64,000 bases of DNA from positions 45,012,001 through 45,076,000 of the forward strand of contig OX597816.1 in NCBI GenBank assembly GCA_951406725.2. Reading direction: 5' to 3'. Below the pieces are notes generated by a model, which had not been told where the DNA came from, ran no database searches, and worked only from the letters and a program-made list of their open reading frames with translations. This document shows, piece after piece, positions 38,789 to 51,480 of the stretch. The position numbers were made by a program, and so were the translations under genes. The DNA is from Octopus vulgaris. Lineage: Eukaryota. Positions within the stretch are counted from its first letter, which is position 1, and each line of letters starts with the position of its first letter.

Positions 38789-40415
38789 CCTGTGGGGATG
38801 GAATTTGGTCTTGATAAGTGTGCCAAGGCCATTTTCCGGAAAAGGAAATTGAAGACCTCACATTCAGTGGTGTTGGATGTTGACACAGTGATAAAAGAAC
38901 TCAAGCAAGAAAAAACTTATATATACCTTGGAATGAATGAGGGCTCTGGCATTCAACATGCAAGCGTGAAAGAGAAGATCAGGAAGGAATGTTACAGGAG
39001 AGTTCAAGTAGTCCTAAAAATCTAAGTTAAATGCATTTAACAAGGTGCTAGCTATAAATTCCTTAGCAGTTCTAGTTGTTATTTACAGTTTCAATGTGTT
39101 GAACTGGAATATGAGCGAACTAAGGAAGATTGACAGGAAAATTTATAAGCTGCTGACTTGCAATAAGATGTACCATGTACAAGGAGGTTGAAACTAGATC
39201 AGATTTTAAATCTCTTACAAAATCACTACAACTGGACTGGCAAATATCTTGAAACATCTAACGACTGGAAGCTAAAACTTATTGAAAACCTCAAAAGATG
39301 TAAGAAGTTTTATTCTGTTATGAAAGAGAGCAAGAATTTTTAGTGAGTTTGTGCAAAATACCTGGGTTGAATAGCATGATGGAAGTGTGGTAACTGTAGT
39401 TGCGAAGTAAGAGGAATGATAGCAAAGCAAAATGCATTTGAACTGATAGGTAGGAACAAAAACCTCTGCATGGCAAACATGTGGCCCATAGCAAACAAGC
39501 TGATGTAGACCAGAAGCACACCTACCAGTGGCTACGAAGCTCAGGGCTAATGGCAGGAAGTGAAGGCTTTATTTTGGCTGCTCAAGATCAGAGCTTATTG
39601 ACCCAGTACTATCAAGCCAATGTGATGAAAAATGGTGCAGACCCAAAGTGCCGATACTGCAACGGTGGGATTGAAACAGTGGACCACCTAATTTCTGGTT
39701 GTATAGTTTTAGCACCTGCAGAGTACAAATCAAGACATGACAGAGTTGGCTAATATCTACATTGGATAATGTGTCAGCATTATAAAAATCAAAACTGCTG
39801 ACAGATGGTACAAGTACCACCCTGAGGCTGTAACTGAGGGAGAAAATGTAACTATTCTTTAAGACTTGCCAGTTTGTACAGACCGTATCATCAAACAAAT
39901 AAACCAGATATTGTTGTAAAAGACGAAAACAATAAACACTGTTTATTGATTGACACGAGCATACTCTGTGACCATAATATCCAGGCAAAAGAATTTGATA
40001 ACCTCAGAAAATATTAAGATCTGCTAATCGAAATCGAAAAGATGTGGCATCTCAAGATGGTTACAATTTCAGTGATTGTAGGAGCACTTGGAATGATCGA
40101 AAAAGGAACTGAAAGATATTTAAGAATGATCCCTGGCTTACCATCCATGTCTTAACTGGTACATTACACATACTGAGAAGAGCATTGTCACTGTAAATTT
40201 TCTTTTCTTTCCCCCCACTTTATTTTCTCTGTTTACTTCTTTATTTATTTTTTCCCTTTTTCTCTGTCTTTCTTCCCCTTTTTTTCTCTATCACATGACT
40301 CTGTAAATGAACAATCTGTTGTGTTTATGTTAATGGCCTACCAATGTATGCAGTGTGTTTCTCTGCCCTAGGTGTCAGGAAGACATTCGGCAAGAAAAGG
40401 AAACAACTGAAAAAT
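38789..40415 (+). mobile_element. 5'-truncated R4/Dong-type (RLE endonuclease) non-LTR retrotransposon, degenerate
   Basis: GMEFGLDKCAK, AAQDQSL, CRYC..ETVDHLISGC, RHD and KPDIV motifs with many stops; flanked by (TAA)n-rich tracts. Confidence 0.85.
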
Positions 40416-40700
40416 GATAATGAAAATAATAATGATAATGATAATAATCATCATCATCATCATCATCGTTTAACGTCCGCTTTCCATGCTAGCATGGGTT
40501 GGAAGGTTCAACTGGGGTCTGGGAAGCCCGAAGGCTGCACCAGACCCAGTCTGATCTGGCAGTGTTTCTACAGCTGGATGCCCTTCCTAACGCCAACCAC
40601 TCCGTGAGTGTAGTGGGTGCTTTTTATGTGCCACCGACACAGGTGCCAGACGAGGCTGGCGAACGGCCACGCTCGGATGGTGTTTGTTACGTGCCACCAC

Positions 40701-40750
<50 letters not shown>

Positions 40751-41654
40751 CTGCTCAATACCACAGATTTGCTTGTCAGTTGTTTGACCTTAACCAGTTG
40801 AGCATGTCCCTTGGTGGCTGACAATATGTGCATCTCTGATCACGAGCAGAAGTAGTGGGGGAGCATCATAGCCATGTGTTGAGAGGGATTCTTTGGGGTT
40901 TCGATAATTCACCTTTGGAAACATGGGTGGTTCGTTCAACAATCTTAAACAATCCTTATTCAAGGACCTTTTGAGCAGGATGGGCTACTCGACCAGAAGA
41001 AAATTCTAACTGGGCCCCACCTGCAAGGTCAGGTGCTGTTTATCCTGATATGAGATCACCATGTCGCGCACATATGGTTGTGATGCATGTGCCTGGTGTA
41101 CCCTTATCAGACGGGTAGTCATGATGGGTATACTGGGCTTCATATATTTTACCCCAGTGTCACTTTGATGGCATGCACTGCTCTCTCACACAATAATAAT
41201 AATAAAACAGAATAATTTAACTGGTTCAAATTAACTATGAAATTAACAATTTGTGATAATGTGAATTGGTTATTATCGAGAGCAAAAGAACATGAAGAAA
41301 TGTCTAGCTAGCTATCTGTCTAATTTTCTGATCATTTCTACCATAACGAGCTGTTCCTTTATTTTGCTTTTCTTTCCATGGGTCTACTTTGGTCTAAACA
41401 TTGTCTCCTTCATCTCACTAACGGTTCCTACTGATCATTACTGTTGTTAATAACTACCATTTCCTATGACATTCAAAGATATCCGGCTAATAAAACTGAA
41501 CAGTTTCAAAATATGCATTACCTCTCTCACTCACTGATTACTTAGAGTGGGATTGGCAAAGAAAAAAATTGAGATTGAATAATTGGGGGTTTTAAAACTT
41601 CATAGCTTCACATATACATAAAAGAGGGAGAAAAAGAGAGATACATATACATAG

Positions 41655-41689
<35 letters not shown>

Positions 41690-42100
41690 CTCTTTTTTAC
41701 TCTTTTACTCTTTTACTTGTTTCAGTCATTTGACTGTGGCCAGGCTGGAGCACCGCCTTTAGTCGAGCAAATCGACCCCGGGACTTATTCTTTGTAAGCC
41801 CAGTACTTATTCTATCGGTCTCTTTTGCCGAACCGCTAAGTGACGGGGATGTAAACACACCAACATCGGTTGTCAAGTAATGCTAGGGGGACAAACACAC
41901 ACACATACACACATATATATACATATATACGACAGGCTTCTTTCAGTTTCCGTCTACCAAATCCACTCACAAGGCATTGGTTGGCCCGGGGCTATAGCAG
42001 AAGACACTTGCCCAAGATGCCACGCAGTGGGACTGAACCCGGAACCATGTGGTTGGTTAGCAAGCTACTTACCACACAGCCACTCCTGCGCCTATATATA

Positions 42101-42133
<33 letters not shown>

Positions 42134-42223
42134 ATATACATACAAATATATATGTGTGTGTGTATTTATACATATATTTATATGTGTATATGTATATATA
42201 CAAACATGTATGTATGTATCTTT

Positions 42224-42255
<32 letters not shown>

Positions 42256-42747
42256 CATCACAACACACCACCACGCACACGTCAAGATCACCAGCCCTCT
42301 TCCACACACACATACAAACCCTCTCATAGACACGCACGCGCACCTTCGTTTTGGGATCACCACTACTTTATTATCTCCCCTTCTCCCTAGCTCTCCTATG
42401 TGACCCTTCTGTCTGGCATTCACCATGACAGATTGCTAGCCACTACACATTCTTTATTTTCTCTCCTTGTTTCTTTCTGTGGAAGAGTGTAGGCTCAAAA
42501 CGTTAACGACTTTTCCCTTCCCAAGTGTTAAACTAATACATCTGTTTGTTGCCTACACCACCTGTATTCGTCTTTTGTTTTTATTGTAAATTCTCCCTAT
42601 TTATATAAATATATATATATATATATATATGTATTTGTATAATGCCTTTACTGATATGTAATGGTGTAATAAAGTATTGTTTGGGTATCATCTGATAGTT
42701 GATGTTTTATTGATTTAAGTATGTTTCTCCATTTTCTAATTTTGTAG

Positions 42748-42824
<77 letters not shown>

Positions 42825-42939
42825 CTGGACTGGTGCAGCTTTCGGGCTCCCCAGACCCCAGTTGAACCGTCCAACCCATGCTAGCATGGAAAGCGGACGT
42901 TAAATGATGATGATGATGATGATGATGATATATATATAT

Positions 42940-45340
42940 TTTTGTTATTTTATTTTATTTTATCTAGTTTCAGCTCACGAGCTGTGGCCATACTGGGGCA
43001 CCGCCATTTGGTGTTGCTACATGATTTTACTTCACGAATGCTTTTTAGCAATTGCCATTTGGTGCATGAGAGAGTTCGATGCAGCTGCCCTCATCTGCAC
43101 CTCCTGCCATGAAGTTGGTTCATCTGGGACACCTGACAGGAAGAGATCTAGTTTTATTTTATAGACATCTGCATCCACCCCATGCAGGTCTCTCAGGTTC
43201 TTCGGGAGGATATTGAAGAGTTGTGGGCCTCTGAAGCCCAGGCTATCACAGTATCTTGTCCTACATCTTCATGGCAAATTTGAAGTCCTTGGCACTATGC
43301 AGTGGTACCCAGTTCTGGCATTTGTGTAACTCTTGATGCCAAAGTTTGGGACAAGTCCTTCAAGGATCTTCCAGATGTATATTATGGCATATCTCTCTCG
43401 CCTATGCTCTAAGGAATAGAGTCTTAATCTCTTGAGTCTTTCCCAGTAGCTTATATGCTGCACAGAGGCTATCTTCTTCATGTAGCTTCGTTGGATCGCC
43501 TCAAGTTCCGTGATTAACTTGACACTGGATAGTGACCATAGCTGAGAGCAATAGTCAAAGTGGCTTAGGACAAGTGTCCTCCAGAGGACCATCATGGTTT
43601 CCTGGTCTCTTGTTCTAAAGGTTCTAAGAATCCATCTGGTCAGCCGCCTACATTTCATTGCCAATTTAGCAACATGCACATGAAAGGTTGCATCATCACT
43701 CATGTAAATGCCCAGGCCTCGCACTGATTGTGCTTCTGGGATTGCAATCCCTCCAGGTCCAGTGTATTTATTGGGTATTGCATTTAGTTTTGCATGCTGA
43801 TAGCATAAAGCTTGAAACTTTTCAGCATTGAACTGCATGTTATTCTTTTCAGCCCATTTGTATATTTTGTCCAGCTCACATTGCAGGTGCTTAGTGTTTT
43901 CAGGGTTCTGTATTGCCTGTGAAACTTTTGTATCATCTGCATAACTTGTGATCGTGGCTCTCTGCGTGGCTGAGGGCATGTCTGAGAGGGCCATTATGAA
44001 CAGTAGTGGTCCCAAAACAGTGCCTTGCGGAACACCGCTCACTATTTGCGTGTTAATGGAAGTGGCCCCATTGGCTACTACCACCTGACTTCTATCCTTC
44101 AGAAAGTCATGAAGCCATTCTCCCAATTTTCCAACTATGCCAAGATCACGCAGTTTGTGACATATCATTCCATGATCGACTTTATCAAAGGCCTTTGCAA
44201 AGTCGAGATATATGACTTCCACATTTGAGTGGTTGAGCAGTCGTTTCAGCACCCAGTCATAGTGTTGTAGGAGCTGAGTTAAGCAGCTTCTTCCTGGTCG
44301 GAAACCATGTTGGGTGTCAGGCAGCAAGTCATTTTCTTCAAGGAAGGTGATTAGTTTCCTTCTGACTATTCGTTCCATGACCTTGCTGATGTGTGAGGTC
44401 AGAGACATAGGTCTGTAATTCTTGGCCTCCGCTCTGCTACCTCCTTTATGAATAGGGCATATTTTACCTTCTTTCAGTTTTCTTGGAAGTTTACCAGTTG
44501 CAAGGAAGCTCTGAAAGAGGAACTGCAGTGGTCTTGCTAGGACTCTCTTACATACTTGTAGAAGGATTGCTGGGAATGCATCAGGGCCAGTAGCTGAGTT
44601 TGTTTTCATTTCATCTATAGCCTTTATTACATCATCTTTCTTTATATTAATGTAATCAATCATCGCTGCCTCTGATTTTATATCTGCAGTGGTAAAGAAC
44701 TCAGTTGGATTGCTGACTTGAAATGCCCTAGGGGTGGAGTGAAAATACTCTTGAATTGCTCATTTAGTATTTCACTTATCCTCATTGGATTTCCTGTGAG
44801 TGTGCCATCCTTTTCAAGGAGTGGCCCTATCCTACAGTGCACCGGAGCTGTTTCTTTGGCATACTTGTAGAAAGCTCTGGCGTTAGATTTTATGTTGCTT
44901 CTTTGTCTGCTCTTTCATTTTCATGGGAGAGTTGCAGACATTTTTCAATTTCTAACAGTTTTATTTTCAGGCGGGACTTTTCACTGCTTTCAATTTGTTT
45001 GTTTAGGTGATTTGAAACTTTTGTACGCCATCTCATTAGAATTTTCCTCTCTCTAGTGATTTTGTTCTTGTGTACAGAGGCCTTTCTCTCTGGGACACAT
45101 TTGTAGCATATGGCTTGCATTACAGACATGAATTGTTGAAGTTTCATGTCGATGTCTGGAGAGGAGAGACATTCAGGCCAATTTTGTTTGAGGATCTCTT
45201 TCTCAATTTGTTTCCAGTTTGACTTATGGAAGTTCAAGCTGGAAAGATTCTGAGAGTTTCTTGTAGGCTGCATGTCCATGCTTTCCTTTGGCCTGTACAT
45301 GGTCAGCTCTACCATGTTGTGATCCGAGAGTAGTGTCGGA
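42940..45340 (-). mobile_element. 5'-truncated CR1/L2-group LINE with intact 3' end
   Basis: Starts at the end of the APE domain (SDHNMV) at about 45310-45330, continues through the RT, and ends in a 3' stem-loop with a (TAAAA)n tail. Confidence 0.88.
43269..44663 (-). CDS. LINE reverse transcriptase (uninterrupted 464-aa stretch of ORF2)
   Basis: NYRPMSLTS, QHGFRPGRSC, YLDFAKAFDKV, SGVPQGTVLGPLLF and YADDTK motifs. Upstream and downstream parts are disrupted, so it is not autonomous. Confidence 0.9.
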   Translation of the reverse strand: MIDYINIKKDDVIKAIDEMKTNSATGPDAFPAILLQVCKRVLARPLQFLFQSFLATGKLPRKLKEGKICPIHKGGSRAEAKNYRPMSLTSHISKVMERIVRRKLITFLEENDLLPDTQHGFRPGRSCLTQLLQHYDWVLKRLLNHSNVEVIYLDFAKAFDKVDHGMICHKLRDLGIVGKLGEWLHDFLKDRSQVVVANGATSINTQIVSGVPQGTVLGPLLFIMALSDMPSATQRATITSYADDTKVSQAIQNPENTKHLQCELDKIYKWAEKNNMQFNAEKFQALCYQHAKLNAIPNKYTGPGGIAIPEAQSVRGLGIYMSDDATFHVHVAKLAMKCRRLTRWILRTFRTRDQETMMVLWRTLVLSHFDYCSQLWSLSSVKLITELEAIQRSYMKKIASVQHISYWERLKRLRLYSLEHRRERYAIIYIWKILEGLVPNFGIKSYTNARTGYHCIVPRTSNLP

Positions 45341-45598
45341 TCACATATATAATTATATATATAAGTATATATAGTTATAATTAAGGGTGTCTAAAAGATA
45401 CCACCATGCTAGATATAACAGCCAAAACTTGACTCTAAAGCCACATTAAACGTTCATAAAACACCAGAATAGAAGACAAAGACACAAAATAAACTCACAA
45501 AAAATTATTGGATAATTCCAGATCCTGGATTTCTGGCTTTCAATAAGAAATGCTTTGCCTCATCAGTGGAATACACACAAAATAGTGTATAAATACAA

Positions 45599-45639
<41 letters not shown>

Positions 45640-45998
45640 TACACAACCAATAAATAACGGAAAAAATTTCTAATGCCAAATATGCCGAACAATTGGACAT
45701 TATTGTCCATTACCATATAATTTTTCACAATACGCATGCTACTCGAACACAACACATGAATACTTACATGTATGCACGTATGCACACATATATATGCACA
45801 TATGCACACGACCAGTTTAAATTGCCTGCCTAAACTCCTCGCGCGATATGGTCAAAATACCACCGCAATCGATAAATGACGAAGTAAATGTATAAATTTT
45901 TATATATATGTATATATATATATATATATACACACATGCACACACACACATATATATATATATGTATATGTGTATGTATATATATATATATATGTATG

Positions 45999-46064
<66 letters not shown>

Positions 46065-46065
<1 letters not shown>

Positions 46066-46580
46066 GGTGGCTGCCCCCGTTATCGAGTATGGCCATTGCA
46101 CGAAGCTTAATCAATGTTGTTATCGTGCAATGCCTGTGCAAGAAGATTTTTTTTTAAAGTGAGGAAAGGCTGTGCACTGAGTCAATCCCACTCACTAAGC
46201 AATAGCAGCCATAATCCGAAAAGAAGAGCAAGTCAACATCATCGGTAACCACTGAGCTGCAGGTTTTATGTCGGAGTTATCCCAGTTACCTGAGTTACCT
46301 TCTCCTAGAAGGATGCCCTAACAAAGGCTAGGAGTTCTTCACTTCCAATGGTTTAATAGCGCGATCGGGTATTCAGTCCGATTATTTCTATGTCCCCGCG
46401 CATGATACAGCCTTAAGACATTTATTGGATGGCCGTTGACTCTCAAGAGTTCCTTCGCTCTTTGATGGGTTTTGTTTTTCATCCTGTAGGGTGACCAATA
46501 AACACCGTCCTCACCAAGCAAGCTTGGTGGGGTCGCCGGTTTAGTTGCCGACGACCCGACCATGCAACAGGTTGTACTGG
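46065..46580 (-). mobile_element. Non-coding element resembling an RTE 5' region
   Basis: Contains TAGCCTTTGTTAGGGCATCCTTCTAGGAGAAGGTAACTC (- strand), similar to RTE-type leaders; GC-rich hairpins at its 5' end; inserted in (TA)n. Confidence 0.45.
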
Positions 46581-47247
46581 ATATATATATGTGTATATAT
46601 ATATATATATGTATGCATATACATACTTGTGTGTGTGCATGTATGTGTGTGTGTGTGTGTGTGACAGCATGGTTAGATTGTGCTGATAGTGGTGGAGCTG
46701 TTCTGTATTTGAGGAAATGTTAGCTGTGTAGCATGGAGTGCATGAGTGTTGCAAAGAATACGAGTTATAAAAGCTGTAGTAACTAGCAGCATCTGATCTT
46801 GATGATGATGATGATGATGGTGATGAGAATGGTGAGGCAGAGGAGGAGGATTTTTATCATCATCATCATCATTAGCATCATCATCATCATCGTTGTCATC
46901 ATCATTATCATTACCATCATAAGAATTGTGGTGATGTCGATGGAGACAGAGTTAGCTAATAATTGACTGTATCAGAGATGACGTCACAGTTGATGATAAT
47001 GATGATGATGATGATAGCTGTGGTGGTAGTGGTAGTTTATGATATAGCATTAACACAGCATGACAACATTTGGAATAGCAATAATGTTGATGTTGTTGTT
47101 GCTGTTGTTGTTGTTGTTGCTATCCTTGTTGTTTAATCACAGGTGAACACTGATAGAGCAAACTTATGACCGAAAGCATTCAAGCCATGACACCTAATTT
47201 TTTTCTTTTACTGTGGATTTCATTATCTAACACATACATGCCTGAAA

Positions 47248-48036
47248 CACTAAGGTATGATTTGAGGGATACTTAACTGCTATTTCTAGCAAGACAAGCA
47301 ACCATATATAAGACCTTCCATTCATCATCATCCTCATCCTCATCATCATCATCATTTAACGTCATCTTTCCATGCTAGTATGGGCTGGACGATCATGTTT
47401 AAACGGTGCTTTTTACATGTCACCGGCACATTGGCTCGCAATATTGGGTCCAAATACTGAGGTATGAGTTGAGGGATATTTAACTGCTATTTCTAGCACG
47501 GCAAGCAACCACATAGAAGACCTTCCATTGGCTCGCAATATTGGGTTCAAATACTGAGGTATGAGTTGAGGGATATTTAACTGCTATTTCTAGCACGGCA
47601 AGCAACCACATAGGAGACCTTCCATTGGCTTTCAATATTGGGTTCAAAAACCGAGGTATGAGTTGATGGATATTTAACTGCTATTTCTTGCAAGGCAAGC
47701 AACCACATAGAAGACCTTTCATTGGCTCGCAATATTGGGTTCAAATACTGAGGAATGAGTTGAGGGATATTTAACTGCTATTTCTAGCACGGTAGGCAAC
47801 CACATAGGAGACCTTCCATTGGCTCGCAATATTGGGTTCAAAAACTGAGGTATGAGTTGAGGGATATTTAACTGCTATTTCTCGCAAGGCAAGCAACCAC
47901 ACAGAAGTCCTTCCATTGGCTCGCAATATTGGGTTCAAACACTAAGATATGATTTGAGGCATATTTAACTTCTATTTATGGCAAAGCAAGCAACCACATA
48001 GGAGACCTTCTGTTGGCTCACAATACCAGGTTCAAG
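47248..48036. repeat. 97-bp tandem repeat, 6 contiguous copies plus one interrupted copy
   Basis: Units start at 47456, 47553, 47650, 47747, 47844 and 47941. The first unit (about 47248-47455) is split by an RTE-tail insertion with CATT duplicated. Confidence 0.95.
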
Positions 48037-48263
48037 ATTTGGCACAAGGCCAGTAATTTCAGTCGGTGGGTATTTTGCTTACCCGGACCCTAGGGCTTAA
48101 ACGATACTTGTTTTATTAAGCCCAAGAGAATAAAAAGGCAAGTCTGTGGAATTTCAACTCAGAACATTAAGAGGGACGAAATGTTGTTCAGCATTTGGCC
48201 GGATGGGTGCTAACAATTCTGCCAGCTTGCCGCCTTATTGACTCATTATATTACTATTACTCA

Positions 48264-49215
48264 ATGGTAGTTATGGTGGTGGTTGTGTTGGTGGTGGTGG
48301 TGGTGGTGGTGGAGATGGTGGTGGGTTTTTATAGTCCACATGTTTATGATGATGATGATGAGGAGGAGGAGGAGGAGGAGGAAGACAATGAAAACGGTGA
48401 TAATGGTGTTGATAATGATGTTGGTGATGTAGAGGAAGATGATGACGATGATGATGATGACGATGATGGTGACGGTGGTGATGGTGATGACGATTGTCAT
48501 CATCATCATCATCACCATCACCATCCCAATCATCATCAGCTTGGTATTCATGGTGCAAACAATGCTGAGTATTTTCGCTGTGTATGTCTTGATGATGATG
48601 ATGATGAGGAGGAGGAGGAGGAGAATGATAACAGTGATGATGATGATGACAATAGTGATAACAATGATGATGATGATGATGATGATGATAATGATGATGA
48701 TGATAATGATGATGATGATGATGATGATGATGACCATCGTCCTTATCTTAATCAGACTGGTATTTCTGTTGAAAACGATGCTGAGTATCTTCACGGTGTA
48801 TGTCCTGATGACGATGATGATGGTGTTAATGATGATGACGACGAAGATGATGATGATGATGATGATGATGATGACCATCATCCTTATCTTAATCAGACTG
48901 GTATTTCTGATGAAAACGATGCTGAGTATCTTCACGGTGTATGTCCTGATGACGATGATGATGACGATGATGATGACGATGATGATGATGATGATGAGGA
49001 TGATGATGATGATGATGGTGATGATGATCATGACAAAAATGATGATGATGATGATGATGACCATCGTCCTTATCTTAATCAGATTGGTATTTCTGATGAA
49101 AACGATGCTGAGTATATGTCCTGATGACGATGATGATGACGATGATGACAATGATGATGACAATGATGATAATGATGATCATGATCATGATGATCATGAT
49201 GATCATGATGAAAAT
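48264..49215 (+). repeat. Compound (GGT)/(GAT)/(CAT) trinucleotide array with a 72-nt unit repeated 3 times plus one diverged copy
   Basis: Unit CATCGTCCTTATCTTAATCAGACTGGTATTTCTG.TGAAAACGATGCTGAGTATCTTCACGGTGTATGTCCT separated by (GAT)n tracts. Confidence 0.9.
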
Positions 49216-50776
49216 TAAGATGATGTGCTTGTGCATAGATGTGTGTCTCTGTGCATGTGTGTGTGTGCATACGTGTGTGTGTGTGTGTGTGTGCGTGTGA
49301 GTGTGTGAGTGTATGAGCATAATGTTGGGACGGAATAAAGGAAAGAGAAGAGATAAAAAGAGAGAGACAGAAAAGCATGGGAGAGAGAGAAAGTGAGATA
49401 GACAGCCAGACAGAGAGAGGGAAAAAAGAGAGACTAAGCAAGACTAAGAGAGATAGAGAGAGAGAGAGATGCAGATTTTTGATTGGCAGTAATTTTTGCT
49501 GGCAAGTCCTCTTTGTGCCACCCAACCTGTCCTCTCCTGCCGCAAACAATCACCACCTTCAGAGAAATAATTGAATTCAGCCATGTACATAATTGTACAG
49601 CAGCAACGAGATGGAATGTAGCAAGAATCGACAATCTTACTGCAGTCTAAGATGGGAATTTTACTGGTGGTTGATGTCGTATGTATGTGCACATGTATAA
49701 TGTGTGTGTGTTTGTGTGTTTGTGTGTGTGTGTGTCTGTGTGTGAATATTTATATGTGTGTATATGTATGTGTATTTGTGAATATTTTTATATATGTGTG
49801 TGTTTGGGAATATTAATATATATATGTGTATGTGTATGTATTTGTGAATATTTATATACATATATGTGTGTGTGTGTGTGTTTGTGTGTGTGTGTCTGTG
49901 TGTGAATATTTATGTGTGTGTGTGTGTATCTGTGAATATTTTTATATATGTGTGTGTTTGTGCGTGAGTGTGTGTTTGGGAATATTTATATATATATATA
50001 TATGTGTATGTATTTGTGAATATTTATATACATATATGTGTGTGTGTGTGTATGTGTTTGTGTGTGTGTGTGTGTGTGTGTATCATATATATATCATCAT
50101 CCTCATCATCACCATCATCATCATCATCATCATCTGTGTCATCATCATCGTCATTGAACGTCTGTTTTCCATGCAGGCATGGGTCAGACAAAGAAAGTAG
50201 ACCATCCACCAAATTCACATACACACACACAAAGACACACATACACATACATATACATATGCACACACACACACACACAATGTATGTAGGCATGTGCACG
50301 TATCAATGCATGTGTGTTTGTGTGTGTGTGTGTGTGTATGAATATATGTCTGCATAAGTATGCGTATGTGTTTGTAGGTTGATAGATGGTCAGTGGATAG
50401 CAGAGAAGAAGAAAAGACTGTTGCATGGGCAATGAAGAGAAGGAGAAACAAGAAGGGGTGAGAGGGGGAGGCAGAAGCGGGGAGGAGGAAGAGGTGGCAT
50501 GAACAGGAGGAAGAGGCGGAAGAGGTGGAAGAGGAGGAGGAGGAGAAATTATGGTGGTGGGAGTGAGTAAATAGATTCGTATGTTCCTTGTGGTGGTGGT
50601 GGTGATGTCGGGGGGGGGGTAGTGGTTATTTTTGGCAGTCAGCAGCAGCAGTTGAAGTAGTAGTACTAAATAGTAGTAGTAGTAGCAGCAGTAGTAATAG
50701 TAGTGTCTCATCACCTGTCATACTCAGGATGGCTCTGGTTTGTTTTGTTTTTGTAGTTTCTTTCCCACTTTATTCC

Positions 50777-50814
<38 letters not shown>

Positions 50815-51186
50815 CACACACACGTAGCTTTTTGTTTTATTTTACATCATCATTATAGTTATTTTTTATTTATAAAAGTGCTTTGACTTAGTGTGTATGC
50901 ATTTATACATACACACACACACACACACACACATATATGTATATATATTCTTTTATTCTTTTACTTGTTTCAGTCATTTGACTGTGGCCATGCTGGAGCA
51001 CCGCCTTTAGTCGAACAAGTCAATCCCAGGATTTATTCTTTGTAAGCCTAGTACTTATTCTATTGGTCTTTTTTGTCGAACCGCTAAGTTACAGGGATGT
51101 AAACACACTAACATTTGTTGTTAAGAGTTGCTAGGAGGACAAACACAGGCACACAAATACATATATATATATATATATATATGTCT

Positions 51187-51480
51187 GTCTGTAAATGTAA
51201 TATGTGACAATTATTCGGTAGCCACAATAAAACTCCGAGTTTTGGATGTTGGGGTGGAAATCCACGCCGCCATCTCTTCAGTTATCCGGCCTTTTTTTTT
51301 TTTCCGATGTCTGGATAACTGAAGAGATAGTGCCGTGGATTTCCACCCTGACATCCAAAACTTGGAGTTTTATCATGGCTACCGAATAATTGTCACATAT
51401 TACATTTACAGATAAATTCCTCTACATGCATAATATTTAGGTCTCTTTCATTCTTTTGTTGTCTTGCCATTTCTATCAAT
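51187..51480. repeat. Head-to-head inverted pair of hammerhead-like termini inserted in a SINE microsatellite
   Basis: Arms at about 51187-51288 and 51310-51412, each with ATAA CTGAAGA GAT...CATC CAAAA CTYGGAGTT TTAT. Related copy at 22790-22848. Confidence 0.7.

Noticed and set aside
47456-48036. CRISPR-like array (also considered for 48730-49120)
   Set aside because: No unique spacers and no cas genes, in a eukaryotic context; these are plain tandem repeats.
48261-49218. Poly-Ile (- strand) and poly-Met (+ strand) ORFs
   Set aside because: Alternative frames of the same triplet array with implausible composition.
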